From Podarcis pityusensis (taxonomy: Eukaryota), in the NCBI GenBank assembly GCA_964106645.2, contig OZ067042.1: a stretch of DNA of 64,000 bases; one strand, given 5' to 3'. The translations under genes and the position numbers were made by a program. How positions within the stretch are numbered: the stretch's first letter is position 1; every line of letters starts with the position of its first letter. Positions 33,791 through 47,881 of the stretch are shown one piece after another. The notes under the pieces were generated by a model. That model worked only from the letters and a program-made list of their open reading frames with translations. It ran no database searches and was not told the origin of the DNA.

Positions 33791-35063
33791 ATCCTTCCAG
33801 ATTTGCCAGATCTCCCACTCAAAGTATCTTGGATGAAGCAGTCTCCTAGCCCTTCTAGAAGCTTCCTGATGTTGACTGTCCATGCCTTTCAGAACAAAGA
33901 TCAGTCACATGTTGGAGCTTAGCGTAGAGTCACCTGTACAAGTCAAACGGCGAAAGACATTTTACTCATTTGTTAAATGTATATACCACCCACATGCCCT
34001 GGCTCTCTGACCAATTTAAAGTCTCCTCGCTCTCATATTTGCACCAGAGTTGTCTTTAAATTAATAATGGTGAAGATTAAACATGTAAATTAATAGTTAT
34101 ATGACCCATAGCTGACCTACTCACAGTCTCTCTCATGTCTTAATTCCAGGAGTGTGGCAGGAATGCAATTTTTGCCAACCCAATAGTTTACATTTAGTGG
34201 GTTTTTTCCAGTTCATTCAGCGGACTAAATTCCTGTCTAATGTTCACTTGGGGAAATAGTGTTTTTCCCCCCAACAGTGGTCAGTGATTTTGTAGTGGGG
34301 TTTAGAATGGAAGCTGGGAAAACAATGTTGTTTCAGAAAAACTCACAGGCAGCTGCTAACCTATAAGATCCAACTATGATCTGAGTCAATCAGAAGATAT
34401 TGATGCCAGAGTTAATTGATCTCTCAGGTTTGGCAAGTTGGCTTCTATATATGAACTTGGAAACCATTGTTTGTTTAAACTACTTTGTGAGGACAAGCCA
34501 GGAGCAAACTGGTTTAAAAACTTGGCTTTGTTCATTATTTAGAGTTTTGAAGCCACTTCCGTAGCTCTGCAAGCACCTACAGCTAACTCTTATTTTCTGC
34601 AGGTCTCTCTTCTTCCTGTGGGCCAATGAGGCTCAGTGGTACTTTGAGTTGCTTAGTAAGGAAAAGTTTCTTCTGCTTTACTTCTGTAGGTTTGCTTTGT
34701 AAGCTTGTCAGCAGCAAATATTCCTATCAGATGGGAAACTGAAAATAAAACACTGAAGCAAAAGATGGACAAGCTAGGACAGTTGTGTTTTAATGAAGCT
34801 TTGAGTTGAAAGGTGCTTTGAGATTAAAGGAAAAGGGTGTAAAATGTTAAATAACTAAAGAAATGCATATAAATCAATATCATATTTGGTTCATGCTGAT
34901 GATGCAGTAGTCAACAGAGGAACAGAGGAAAGCTGGAGAACACTATCATTAGCTATCAGCATTACAATTATCTAAAAGTCACAAGCCCACAATGGACAAA
35001 ACAAGTGAGATTGGAGATGTTCCCGTATCAGGTCTGAGAAACTGAAATGGTTGTAGTACCAAG

Positions 35064-35207
35064 CAGTGGTTTTTTTCTGGGGGGACACATATCCCTAAAT
35101 ATTTTGGGAAGCTAAGTTTGGCCTCATTGAGGGGCAGCATTTCAAGATGAGTAGGAAAATGAGAGTACCCCTAAACATTTATTTATTTTTTGGGGGGGAA
35201 AGCACCG
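35064..35207. mobile_element. hAT-superfamily MITE
   Basis: Termini cagtggttt / aaagcaccg; perfect 8-bp TSD gtaccaag (35056-35063, 35208-35215). Confidence 0.8.
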
Positions 35208-37020
35208 GTACCAAGTGTCAGTGGGGCTTTAGAGAAGTGCTTTGACACTGAGCTGACAATGTCAATGGGGAGGCAATCAGATACAGAGAATAATAAAAGG
35301 GAGATCTAATGATTAGTGGGAACCAAAATTTTCCTACTTACGAGTGTCTTAATGAAAGCATATTGGGGGCATACCAGCAGAGAACTGAAACCTAGCACAG
35401 GAGCCATTTTGAGATCACCTGTAGTTTAGGTGTCAGGTGAAGTTTGTGCCATTCACATCTCCTGTGGCACTGACATCTGCTTGAGGGCTTCCCAGAGGCA
35501 TCTGGTTGGCCACTCTGGGAAATAGGATCCTTGAATGATAGGCCTTTCTCTTATGGCATCATTTACCAGAGTAAACGTTGCAGTGGAGTCAAGTTGTTGC
35601 AAGAGAACTGGAGGAATGAAAACAAACATGACGGCACACTGCTCTCCTTATACTCTCATGTTTCTGTTTCATGAGCCATGCAAAGTTTGCAACAAACAAT
35701 ATTATAATAAGAAGTTTCTTACACCAGGAGTATTTTTCCTTTATATACTAATTTTATCTCCACATCTGATTTATGCCACATAATGGAAATTTTGTTCTGA
35801 CATAAACCACAACAAATCTAAAATATCAAAATAAAATAAAATGCAAAACAGTACTTATGAATCACATTTTTAATCCAAATGCTTTTAAAATAAAATAAAC
35901 AGATGCAATTTGTAACGTATGATGGAGAGTAAATAGGAATTTTAAATTCATTACTTCTGCTCCAGTTACAAAGTGATCTGGTCCAGACTATTAGTTTAAA
36001 CTTCTGTTTAAACTGTTCATTTATAGACATCCAAAATATAAGCATTGGGCAACAATCAGTTAATTGCTTAGTCACATTTTCTGGCAATGAGTTCAGTTGC
36101 ACACACTGGTTCATTGGATAGGACAGGGCCAGAGACAATATAAATAAGCTGCTATCACCAGGACAAAGAGAGAAAAGAGGAATGTTCAGGATGAACTACT
36201 TCTGAAATTTCTCTAATGCTTAAAATAAAATGAGGTCCTTGTCTGATGAGAGAGAAAGATCCAGGCGGTGGGGGGAGAAAAACTATAGCTCTCCCCAGTT
36301 TTATGGAATTAGGGTATGACTCTGACTTTTTAAAATTTAGTCTCATTCCTATCTGCCATTGACTCTCCCTAGCTTTCCACCTCCTTGCAAATATCCCTCT
36401 TCCTTTGCCACTTTAAAGCAATCAAGTAGTGGTGGAAAGTCCATAGTTGTAAAGATAGAACCCATTAAAAGATTTGGTACCTCAAGAAAGTTCTATTTTC
36501 TTATAATCACTTAAATTTGTGATTCATTCTTGGTTTATTAAGGGAGCAGAGTAACCATATACACCAAGAAAACCAGACAAACCCTTTGAAACAAGCTAAA
36601 AAATATGCATTGCCTAAGCATCAGATGAACAAAAGACAGCTTGCCTTAAAACCATGAGTGTGTAGTCTCAAGAAACACTTTTATTCAATAAAAAGGCAAT
36701 TGTCATAGAATTCCAGAAAAAGTAAATTAAACACAGTATCTGGCTTTAAAAAAAATCAAAATCACGTATCCTTTATATGGTAGTGATTTGGGTTGTACCC
36801 AGCCATTTTCTGTTTGTTTCAGAGTGAAGAGGTTTAATAACATCTGGGGGTTGTTTTCAAAGACTTTTTGGAGAAGGAAAAATTGGTTCCAAAAATAGTG
36901 TTCACAAAGAAAACCCCAGCAGTTATGCTTCATATCTCCTAAGAATGTGTTGAAAATAACAGGCAATCTATTGACATCACTTCTGCAGACCAATTAAACT
37001 GCAAAAAGGGTTCCAATGCC

Positions 37021-37063
37021 TTTCCTTTGGCGATCACTTGCAGCCGAGTCAGAATGTCTTCCC
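37021..37063 (-). mobile_element. Very short RTE LINE 3' tail
   Basis: ttggcgatcacttgcagccgagtcagaatgtcttcc resembles the tail at 39062-39100. Confidence 0.55.
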
Positions 37064-37989
37064 ATTGAGTCCACTGGGAAGTTCCGTAGCTGGCATACTT
37101 TCTGTCCTGTTCTGGGGCTATGTCAGCAGAATGGACTGAATTCCAATGGATCCAAAGTATCCCCTGATCCACCCCAGAATGCCTCCTTTCCCCCCACTGC
37201 ACCACCTGGGCACTGACAGTGGAGGAGGAGCAGCTACAGAGGTTTCCACAGAAGGATGCCTTGGTGAGTGAGTGTCCTGGTCAGCCTTTAGAGAGGGAGG
37301 TCCATACTATTCTATGGCCTATGGAGAGCTGTCACAGGGACATGGTTGGACTTTGGTAATATGGCGCCTGTAGCAATAATTCCTTCTGGTGCAGTTTACT
37401 TGTATATTTACCCACATAAATCTAGGTTTTGCTGTTGTTGTCATGTGCCCCTTTGGCTCAGTGCCTTATGTAGGGGACTGTCCCCCACCACCCTAAATCT
37501 GGTGCTGACAGGGACCATGGGATTGCAGCCTTAAGAAGTTGGACTTACTGTGGGTATAGGTCTCCTTTAAGAGGTAGGCTGGGAGAAATAATAGGTAATT
37601 ATAGATAATGATGTCAGCAATTTCCAGGTGTTCCACCTCCACCTGCTGTCATTTTGTGATTGGTGGGCTCCAGTAATTTCCAACCCTTTCAACTGGGTCC
37701 TGGCAATAGAAAATTAGAGAAACTCCGCTTTACAGAAACCATTTTTGACAAAGGACTGAAATATTTTGTTAGCGGTGCACAGTTTTACAGGGAATTTCAA
37801 ACCGAACACGGCAGCACAACCAAATATGATTACTGAAAGTGTGGTAGCTCAGTTGGAATGGGTTACAAAACAACATGCTCATTTTGTTTGTCGTGTCGGA
37901 TAATGTACCACCTATATTAGAATTTGAGTGCTTGGCTTAATCAAAAGAATGTACTCAGTGGAGGAGGAAACACCTGGTAACATGGAATT

Positions 37990-38375
37990 GTTTCATTGAT
38001 TTCACAGGGGAGTTGGTAAACTAAAAATGGAATATGATATACAACTGACTACACCAAATAGACCAAACATACATACCCCCATATATGTTACTCTAGTATT
38101 GCCAAATCTTTCAAAGCAAACTGGATAAATTGGTGGACTTTCAAATTACTGGAAATTACTTTATTACTCTTTGGTGATAAAACTAAGGAGGAAAAAGGAT
38201 CTGTGTCTATATCTCAAACAGTTAAATCTATATGGAGAGAGAACATTTTTCCATTTCCCAGCAGAGAAGAAATCTTGAGTGCGATGGCAGGTGCAAACTA
38301 TTTCACTACTTTGGATTTCTCATGTGGATTTTGGCAGGTCCTCTCACAGACTGCAGTTCATGATTATGCACTTTA
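37990..38375 (+). mobile_element. Decayed Gypsy/Ty3 LTR-retrotransposon pol (RT) remnant
   Basis: 38248-38340 translates FPFPSREEILSAMAGANYFTTLDFSCGFWQV (RT motif ..FS.LD...GFWQ); upstream GVGKLKMEYDIQL; frameshifted. Confidence 0.8.
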
Positions 38376-39046
38376 AAATTCTTTATTATTCATATTTTAT
38401 TCCAATTTTTTAACAGTAGGTGTTGATTACAAACTACTGTTTTCTTGTCCCACAACTGTCTCTCTTATCTCCAGTTGTTACAGTTTTGTATTAAGCATTT
38501 TTGCTTAGTGGAAATTGCTTGTGTACAATGTGGGCTTTTTTTAGAAAGTGGAAAAAAGAAAAAAGAGAAAGTAAGATGGGAAGAAAGAGAAAGGTAAAGG
38601 AGATGAAAGAGAATGGAAAGGAAGCGTAAGAAGGAAGTCAATATTGTTTTATTACACATGCTGTGCCAAGATGTCTAATTCCACCCCCACCCTATTTTTA
38701 AAATTTGAAATAGCACATATTTTTGTGGGCTGCTAATACTAGGAGTCATAGATGCAAGTATCCATTCTCAGGATGAACTTTGCTTCCCAGATTTGCAAGA
38801 TGATACACTGGCTCTAGACTTCCTTTTGCCCATCTAATAAGTTTGAGTAGATGGCCCACTGGGGTATTACATCCTTCACACACCATTGAAAGGTGCTGTT
38901 TTTTCATATTACTATTTGGCTTAAAGTTTCTCCCCAAATCATTCCATAGAAAAATGCAATTGCTTGAGGTCACAGAAAAGACAAAACTGATATCTTCATC
39001 TGGTGTAAGACCCTGGAAGGACATGATCAGAAACTACAAAGAAGAC

Positions 39047-39376
39047 TTATTCTTCTTTTTTCTTTGGCGATCATTCATAGGTTAGTAAGATTGTCTTCCA
39101 TGAACACAGTCTTAACAGTGAGTCCGCAAGTGACTGTGGAGGCCAATTCTGGATCCACATGCTCTTCCACAGTGGGGACATAGGTTTCCAGGTGGGAGTT
39201 GATCATGGTTTGCCAAATGTGCCTTCCTCTTAGCACGTTTCTCCCTTTCGTCCTGAGTTTGAGTGTCTTCAAAGTCCATGACACCTTTGGTAAAGTCTGT
39301 TCTCCAATTGGAATGCTTGCAGGCCAGTGATTCCCAATTGTCGGTGTTTATACTACTTTTTAAAGATTTGCCTTGA
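39047..39376 (-). mobile_element. RTE-clade LINE 3' end with C-terminal C2H2 finger
   Basis: Minus-strand translation ...NWESLACKHSNWRTDFTKGVMDFED...NLCPHCGRACGSRIGLHSHLRTHC*, then a short 3' UTR and (GAA)-like tail. Confidence 0.8.
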
Positions 39377-42069
39377 CATAGTCTTCTGTAGCTATTATAG
39401 TCTCATTTTTTGCCATATGGAAAGAATCTCAGAGGACAGTTTGAACCAACAGCATTCCACCCATTAGATCCCACTGACTTAAGATAAAGAATGCAGTGTG
39501 TTTTTCCTCTATATTTTGCCTTACTTTCTCCCTTCCACCCCCAAAAACCACAAATACAATAAAATGTAAACATATTGACAAGTTTGTATTGCCTGTGTAT
39601 CAGATCAATGCCAATCCATCTCTATTGTGTGATCCCACAGTGTCTTAAATGCTGCAGAGTGTAGTTGTGTTACACCATGACCTCTCACAATCATTACTAC
39701 AAACCGAGAGTCTATTTTGTCTGATTTTATCCTCCCCAGAGCAGGAGGCTGGTACCTTACTTTGTGTGTGTGTTGACATAGAGAAGTAAAATACAAACTC
39801 ATGTAATTATATCATTTTGTACATTTAAATTATCCCAGTTTGTGCAATAAAAATTGCTCTTTGACTATGCTAATTGGCATTGACAATAAAAAGGAATTCA
39901 TAGGAACTTTTTCTGCAGCCTGAATTGCCTTGCCACTTCCATGCCAAAAATAAGGGATGCTGTGGAGCTATTATATCAATTCTATATAGTCAACATAGTG
40001 TGTTGGATGAAAGGGCTGTTGGTTTTCCTGTGCCCCAGTCCCAGCAATTGACCTGTGGAGCACTGCTGGCCTGCAAACTGATGGAGGATGAAGAAGCCAG
40101 GTTACAGTCCTACTTCTAAATTGAAAGCCGCCCTCTTTCTTTCCTCCTGCAGCAAGCCAAAGAGATCAGTTGCTATTGGATGTGAAGCTGCTGGTGCTAA
40201 CAAGTTGGTCCCTTTTGCCTCACTTAGCTTGGTGACTGCAGTACAGTGGCCTGGCAGCCCTGGCCTCATGGGTCTCAGGTAGCTGGCACACTAAAGTGTG
40301 AATTTAAGTTGGCCCATATAGTAAAAGCATTTAAACGAGACAAAACCTGTGCAGGACATCCAGGTGAATGTTTTGCCCATGATCAACTTTATGTTTAAAA
40401 ACCATTAATCTACTGCGTGTGTGCATTTGTATGTGTTTGTGCATATATATATATATATTCTGTGACCTATGGGTTTTGGAAGAAGGGACAACAATATTTG
40501 ACTATGATTGAACCTCAGCTTGTAGAGATATATATATATCTATATTGGACTGTGGGATAGTAAATTATGGAATTCTTTAGACTTGTTCATTTGGAGGAAA
40601 TTCAGCTTTCTGTGCAGCGAAGCCCCAGGACTCTTCATGGTTCTGTAGCAAAGTCAATAACACCGCTTGGTGTCATCCACGCAGGCAAGAGCCAGTTGGA
40701 TTAAAATACACACTCTGCTGTGTGGTGTAACGTTAGTGAGCCTATTCATATTTGTGGAGCATTTACAAGATGTGGCTCTGTGTGTGTTATGTCTTGTTTG
40801 GCTGCAAACCTTTTCCCCTATATATATATTTTTCTGGTCGATGAGCAAGGCAGGAAAGCACTGAGAAAACATCGCTATCTTATTTGCAAGACAATCCCAT
40901 TTATTGCTGCTGGATGCCAGGTTTTGCCAGATAACTTTGTTATCTTCCCTTGTCAACAGGCTGCTGTTTCCCACTCAAGTCCCAATTGTACCTTTTAAAG
41001 ATGCTCTCTTCACTTTCAAATGCGTCAAGTACAAAAGATCCAGGCAGGTGGTAGTTTTAAAACACAGTGAGTTGGCATTTTTAGGTAGGTGGGGACTAAG
41101 TTTGGAATGGAAACACGCAGCTTTTGAGCCTCTCTCCCTCTTCCTATGAATAGCTGTCGTTGTTCTCTCAGGCCTTAAGCACCGGTTTCAAGACCACCTT
41201 CAGTCAGCCAATCAGCACTCTGTTATTTAATTATAACAAAATTCTTAGCTGTGTCTGCTGCTGCTGCTATAGCTTCTGCATGGGCAAGTGGGGGGTACTG
41301 GATTGACTTTTGGAGCCAGGAAGGCTTGCCAACAATAATTTTCCTTGTCCCAGAGGGCCTACGAAGCCTGGAGCAGGTTCCAAGTTCCTCCTAAACTGGC
41401 TGTTCAATTTCGGCTCTTTACCAGGGGGCTTGAAAAGGGTTATAGAAAGGCAGATAAATGCACTTCTTGTTGCAAGCGTCCCTGACAAACCAGGCCTCAA
41501 TAACAGTGATCTCATTTCTCCCTCATTATTAGTAGGGCCAGATTTTTTCCATTAACAGGTAATTGAGTAGAAACTAAAATAAGCAAACTTTGTTTCATCC
41601 AGGGCATTTTCTTGCTTGCATGCAAAGGCAAAACACTTTTCGGAGGAGTTTGTTCAGGGAAAACATTTCTTTTCCTCACAATTCATCTCTTCTGGTATGT
41701 GATTGAAACCATAGCAAGGGTTTGGTTTGTTGCTTAGATGTCGGTGCCTTAAAAACAAACAATACTATTCTTCCAAAACAAACTTGCTAATGGAATTATG
41801 ATTGTGGCATGAGTCTCATGCATGTGCACATACACACACACGCCAGTCATGGGTCTGGGTTTGGTTCATGATTCAGAAGGAAAGAAGGCAGCCTCAGAGC
41901 TTGGATAAACCTGCATTCACATTTCAGGTGTGGAGAGGAGGGTAAAGGGTACTGAAGGTCCAAGCAGGTTTATCAGGAATTCATGAGATTCTAGGATACT
42001 TAGCCTTCCTTCTGCCAGGGTGCTGGGATTTAGAATTAGAGGTCTGAGGCACTTGACTCAGTATATATG

Positions 42070-42093
42070 TACACACCACACACACACACACAC

Positions 42094-42131
<38 letters not shown>
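42070..42131. repeat. (CA)n(GA)n microsatellite
   Basis: Direct reading. Confidence 0.95.
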
Positions 42132-42134
<3 letters not shown>

Positions 42135-42899
42135 AACAGTTGGAGAACAGCTGTGGCCAGAGAGAACTGCTTGGGCCATCCAATCCAGAAGTTTGCAGTG
42201 ATTTCAAATATTTATATGCCACTAAAAATAGTTTCCAAAATGGCTATAGGGGAGTGATTTAGGCATGCGTTCCCTTCTGGGAATCAGATGAATGAGATCA
42301 GTTGGAATTGCATCAATGGTGCAGCTCCTCTGCAGCATCATTGTGCACCTGTACAAGCGTGCAGGTGCTAATCTTGCCTTTGCCTTTCTTTGAGCCAGGC
42401 TGCTCTTTAAACAAAGTAAGTAAAGCCATGCACTCCCTTCACGTCCGAGCCCATTTGGAAAGCTTTTCTCTGCAGCCAGACAGATTGGCAGCAGGATGAA
42501 ATTATACTGACTCGAGGCTGGATGGAGGTAGTAAAAACAATTTGGGCTTGGATTTTATTTTTTTTAAGGGATGTCAGTGGAATTTATTTTCCTTCTCAGA
42601 GGCTTTCTGTGGTAAGTGTAGGTGGTAAAACCTCCAGGTTCTTAAAAAAAATGCAGTTGAAATGGAGAACGGTTTAATTTCGCAAGGATTGCACAAGTTC
42701 TGGCCTACGTTAAAATCCATGACCATTGGCCACTAACCCAGCCACCGCCACATCCTAGATGTTTTGGTACTTGGCGTAGTGAGACAAAAAGCAGTTGGCC
42801 CACATTGACATGGTACCTGTGCCTGGGCTGAGCCCTAGCATGAAAAGCAAGTTTGTGGCTGAGTGCTGGTCCTACTGGGCTTGCTGTTAGATACATCCT

Positions 42900-43072
42900 G
42901 GAGGAAACCGGTTCACTTCCCTACTCAGCTGTGAAGCTCAGTGGGTGACCTTGGGTGAACCTCTCCATTCAACCTACATCCTATAGTTGTTATGAGAATA
43001 AAATGGAAGGGCACAATATATGCTGCCTTGAGCTTTTTAGAGGAGTGGCAGGGTTAAAAACTGTAATAAATG
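42900..43072 (+). mobile_element. Degenerate CORE/MIR-like squamate SINE
   Basis: gggtgaccttggg...gttgttatgagaataaaatgg...tgctgccttgagc...aataaa. Confidence 0.55.
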
Positions 43073-43146
43073 AAGCTCTGCCTTGACAGTAGCGGTGTGT
43101 GTGATGGGGTGGAGCCACCCTCCTGGCACAGAGACTGCTGCAGCTT

Positions 43147-43528
43147 GTTGTTGTTGTTGTTGTTGTTGTTTAGTCGTTTAGTTGTGTCCGACTCTTCGTG
43201 ACCCCATGGACCAGAGCACGCCAGGCACTCCTGTCTTCCACTGCCTCCTGCAGTGTGGTCAGACTCATGTTTGTAGCTTCAAGAACACTGTCCAACCATC
43301 TCGTCCTCTGTCGTCCCCTTCTCCTGTGCCCTCCATCTTTCCCGACATCAGGAAGTCTTTTCCAGGGAGTCTTCTCTTCTCATGAGGTGGCCAAAGTATT
43401 GGAGCCTCAGCTTCATGATCTGTCCTTCCAGTGAGCACTCAGGGCTGATTTCCTTAAGAATGGATGCGTTTGATCTTCTTGCAGTCCATGGGACTCTCCA
43501 GAGTCTCCTCCAGCACCATAATTCAAAA
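43147..43528 (-). mobile_element. RTE-BovB LINE, 5'-truncated 3' end
   Basis: Homologous to 63032-63385; (CAA)n tail read as (ttg)n; perfect 10-bp TSD gctgcagctt (43137-43146, 43529-43538). Confidence 0.93.
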
Positions 43529-46412
43529 GCTGCAGCTTACCTTGATCCAGTTGTGGTGGGGTGGAAGCAAAGGTGAGGCAGCAGCAAGGGTGGGGTCAAT
43601 ATCTGTACCCACTGCAATAGAACATGGATATTGTGAGAGATTCATGCAGCCAAACATGACTCTGCATAATTGCTAGTCAATAAGGGGTTAAGGATCACAG
43701 AGTTCTTAATTGCTAAAGAAGGCTTGGATTTATCAAGATCCCTCAGCTGCAGAGACGAAGGAAGAAAAAATTCCTCTTCCTGTTCTTTTCCGCTCTCTTC
43801 TCTTTGAACCATGCAGCTGACGTCTGTGGATGGGCTTCCAGGCTCTGACTGCATGTTTGGGACTAACTTCTGTATTTTCTAACCAAGAACACCTTGCCTG
43901 TGTTGTTTCTGCTATAGCCTTGAACGAGGGTTGAGAACTTTGATTACTGTAAGTAAAGCATTTAAACTTACTTTAGGTTGTAATTTATTCACTCTGAGGG
44001 GTAGAGGTGGGGGAGCACAATTGTGAGTGCTTAATACTGGGATATTTAAAGGTCTAACAACCTATATTTCCCATGCTTTACAAATGCTGCACGTATTTCT
44101 GTTTTAAACTCCGTCGGGGGCCCTTTTGGCTAGGGAGTGAGTCAATTTTTTAATTCAGGCAGTCAGACATTTTTTTTTCTGTATTTCCCACGCATGTATT
44201 CCCCAGTTATTTCCTAACAAACCTTACATTACTTTTCAAGTGGTCAAAAATACCCTGTAACATAGTCAATATTATTATTTCTATCTTGCAACATTTTGCC
44301 TAGGGCCATTCTGCGAGTTCATTATGAGGTGGAATTTGGGAGTGCTCACATTGTTAGCAACACAACTCTTTTTTATTAGTCTCCACCCTGCTCCACCATA
44401 CTATCAATCATTTCTAGCATTCTCATTGATCAGGCATAGAATCACTTAGGTGTTATCCTATGTCTCTGTTTTCACAATTTTAAACCGACCCTCCTCTCCT
44501 CCTCCTCCTTGTTGTTGTCCTGTGTGCTCTATACACAAGCATATTTGCACTTTAGCTGATGTGACTCTAAGCATCCTTCCTTTGACCAGCAACACCAGTC
44601 AGTTAACATACATGACATCTTTAAACTTTAATACATTTCCTCACTATAAACGCCACCAGTCAGCTTCCGTGTAGGTAGGCTTCCATTGTTCGTTGTCAAA
44701 GTCCTCTTGAGTGGATTTCCCACTGTGTCGCTTTTGTGTGAGTCAAATCAAGATTATAGGTAACAGAGAAGAAAAAGAAGAAGAAGAGAAGGTTAGACCC
44801 TCATTTTAGAGTTTAAGAAAAATCTGCCAGCAGGTTGCAGTTCAAGTTGGTAATATACATGAAAGGAAGAGTCCAAGCTGTGTCACCAGTGTCACTATAT
44901 TAGGCTTTCAGGAGAAAGCATACAAAACACATATTGTAGTGGTCACACACAGAGACATAAATTTAGGAACAAGATCTGCCTTAGCTTGAACATAGTTGGC
45001 TCTGATAATAAGGAACAAGGAACAGAGGCTATTATGAAACGAAACCCAGGTGCTTGAATGGATTGAGCTTTGAGTTGAGTTCTCCCAGGAATGGAAAATA
45101 CAGTCATACCCACCATTCTAATCTTTGGCACGGGTTGGATTCTGTCCTCAGTTTTTTCTGTTCATTTGCCCATCTCCAGGTATAAAAGATCACAGGCTTT
45201 ATTTATGGATCAGTTTTCTGTTATGTGATCTGCTGATCTGGATGAAAACAATTTACTAGTTTAGATGCTGCTTAATTTCATCAAGGTGTAGTATGGTACC
45301 ATTTTGTCTCCAAAATAAGTCCCTATGTGCAAATACTTTACAATATTCACTGTATTTAGGAGGCCTAGATGATTTCACAGCAATATTCTGTTATAACTTG
45401 TATGTCAGGCAGCTTGAGACCAACCAAAAAACAAGATTTTCTTCAGAAGGGGATTATGGCCCTTTGCCAGTTTTTGTGTGTGTTTCCCACTGCATAGAAT
45501 CAGATCTGCCTCACCGTATGCAGAAAACAGCCTTCTGCAACCTTGGGCCCTCTAGATGTTCTGGAATTGTAGTCCAAAACATCCAAAGCTGATGAAAGTT
45601 GGCATAAAGATGGGAATGTATGTGCCACAATGATAACATTTTTGTATAAGGACATGAGAAGAGACCTTCTGAATCAGAATATGGGTCCATCTAGTATAGC
45701 GTTCTGTAGCTCATCATGACCAACCAGATTCCACCATAAAGACACGAAGGCAGAAACTCTCCTATAGCTTTGACCTCAATAACTGGCTTTCAGCCACAAT
45801 ACTGCTTCTGGACTTGTAGCCTCCATAACATCCATCAGGACTACAACCAGCTCACAGCCTCTCCACAGTGGGCCACATTTGCACCCCAGCTCGGAGGGGG
45901 CCGGAGGCAGCTAGCTGAGTCTGGGTGGGCCACCTTCAAGCTGTAGCTCAGACCAGACCTGGCCCTTTCAGGAGCCAATAGGTGGTCCTAGTTGGCTCCT
46001 TGGGTGGCGCCTATGGGGAAGCCTGCTTCTGCACTCATTCTCTGAGGACTGGCCTTCACTGCGGGTGCTGCAATGCATTCAGTGTTGCCAGCTTACTCAC
46101 TCAACCCTTACTATGAGCAGCATTGATTGCTAGCTAGCAGATAGAAGAGGGCATTCTTTTCATGGCCTCAGTTGGCTGGTGAGGTCCCCCCGCCCTTCTT
46201 CATAGCAAGGCTGTGAGTGTATCTGTTCATTGACTATATCAATCTCTCACAAGTTTTCCATTGATGAGTGCGGGCATTGGGCAGGATCTATTGCCTATGA
46301 GGGATGCCCATAAAGAGTCACAGAGTCGCACTGAAAAACGGGTGGTGGGGGAGGTGAGCTGGAAACCATGGTCCCAGATTATTTGAGGACCATCATGCCC
46401 GGCCTGCACCAT

Positions 46413-46890
46413 GATAATAATAATAATAATAATCCAACCAAATATTAAAATACAGTAATACATCAAACATTAAAAGCTTCCCTAAACAGGGCTGCCTTCA
46501 GATGTCTTCTAAAAGTTTGGTAGTTGTTGTTCTCTTTGACATCTGGTGGGAGGGCATTCCAGAGGGTGGGTGCCACTACTGAGAAGGGCCTCTGCCTGGT
46601 TCCCTGTTACTTGGCTTCTCGCAGCGAGGGAGCCGCCAGAAGGCCCTCGGCACTGGACCTCAGTGTCTGGGTAGAACGATGGGGGTGGAGACACTCCTTC
46701 AGATATACTGGACTGAGGCCATTTAGGGATTTAAAGGTCAGCACCAACACGTTGAATTGTGCTCGGAAACGTACTGGGAGCCAATGTAGGTCTTTCAAGA
46801 CCGGTGTTATGTGGTCTTGGCAGCTCCTCCCAGTCACCAGTCTACCTGCATTCTGGATTAGTTGTAGTTTCCGGGTCACCTTCAAAGGTA
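46413..46890 (-). mobile_element. L2-clade LINE 3' fragment
   Basis: KLQLIQNAGRLVTG...HITPVLKDLHWLPVRFRAQF...LRSS; (TAT)n tail. Confidence 0.9.
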
Positions 46891-47762
46891 TCTGGCAGTT
46901 CGCTTATCTGTGGTCTCTTCTCTCCCCTGGCTCACACTGTATCAGCAGCAGTTCTTGCCCTAGTGTTGGAGCATATTGTAAAAAAGAAACTGCCATGGGT
47001 GAACATGACAAGAAGGTTTCGCCCGATTGTAACTCATGGTTCACTGCTGCCCCTCGTTGTGCAGCCAGCACAACTGTCCCAGGAAGCAGAAGCAGCTCTT
47101 CATACCTTTATTTTACCAACTAGTTTTCTTGATATGCGATTAATGTTTCTATTGATGCTATTGCTGCAGCATTATGCTTTAATGGTGTCGTCTGCCATCT
47201 TATTTTTGTATGAAAGTGCAGTTTAACAAACAAACAAACAAAGAGGCATGAATATCCAGCTGAGCCAGACTGATTTTCCATGGCTGGTGGACTTGGCTTG
47301 GAAAGAGGTGGTGCAAGTCATCCAGCAGCCCTTGTTCCCCCGGCTGGTGACAGAGGCCAGAGTGTGCTTCCCTTCAGCTCTGTAGACCCAGGGCAACTGG
47401 CAGCTGGAGCAGAGTCTACTTCCTGGCAGGGAAGAGAACTTCCTGCAGCTGCTCCTTCTTAGGCAGATGGATGGAGCCGAGCTTGTCTTCCCCTACCTGT
47501 GATGCAAGGAGCAGAGAGAGACCAGTAGGCAGTTCCTGTGGAAATCAAGGTTATGTGTCATATTATGAGACAGCATCCAATGTCAGGTGCAAAACTATTT
47601 GGCGAATTGGCCAGTGCCAAGAGCAAGGAAGGGCAGGGGTGCTTTGTTCTACATTGTACCAGCTGGCACATAAGGTGGTGGCATTGAAACCAGGAAGAGC
47701 ATCATGTCAGCCTTAGCCACTACACAAGCTCTGTCACTAATTACAGATTAAACAATATAAAG

Positions 47763-47881
47763 GTGTGCATGCACATGAAAGCCACTAACAAACTTAGTTG
47801 GTCTCTAAGGTGCTACTGGAAGGATTTTTTGTTTATTTGTTTGTTTCGACTAAGGCAGACCAACACGGCTACCTACCTGTA
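47763..47881 (+). mobile_element. Penelope-like element terminal fragment with partial hammerhead core
   Basis: gtgtgcatgcacat-GAAAgc...ttagttggtctctaaggtgctactgg...gcagaccaacacggctacc; 9-bp direct repeat aatataaag on both flanks. Confidence 0.7.

Noticed and set aside
36243-36262. CTGATGA-GAGA-GAAA minimal hammerhead
   Set aside because: Flanks cannot form stems I and III, and there is no UH cleavage site in register.
46524-47226. 199-aa and 155-aa plus-strand ORFs
   Set aside because: Antisense frames of an L2 LINE fragment.
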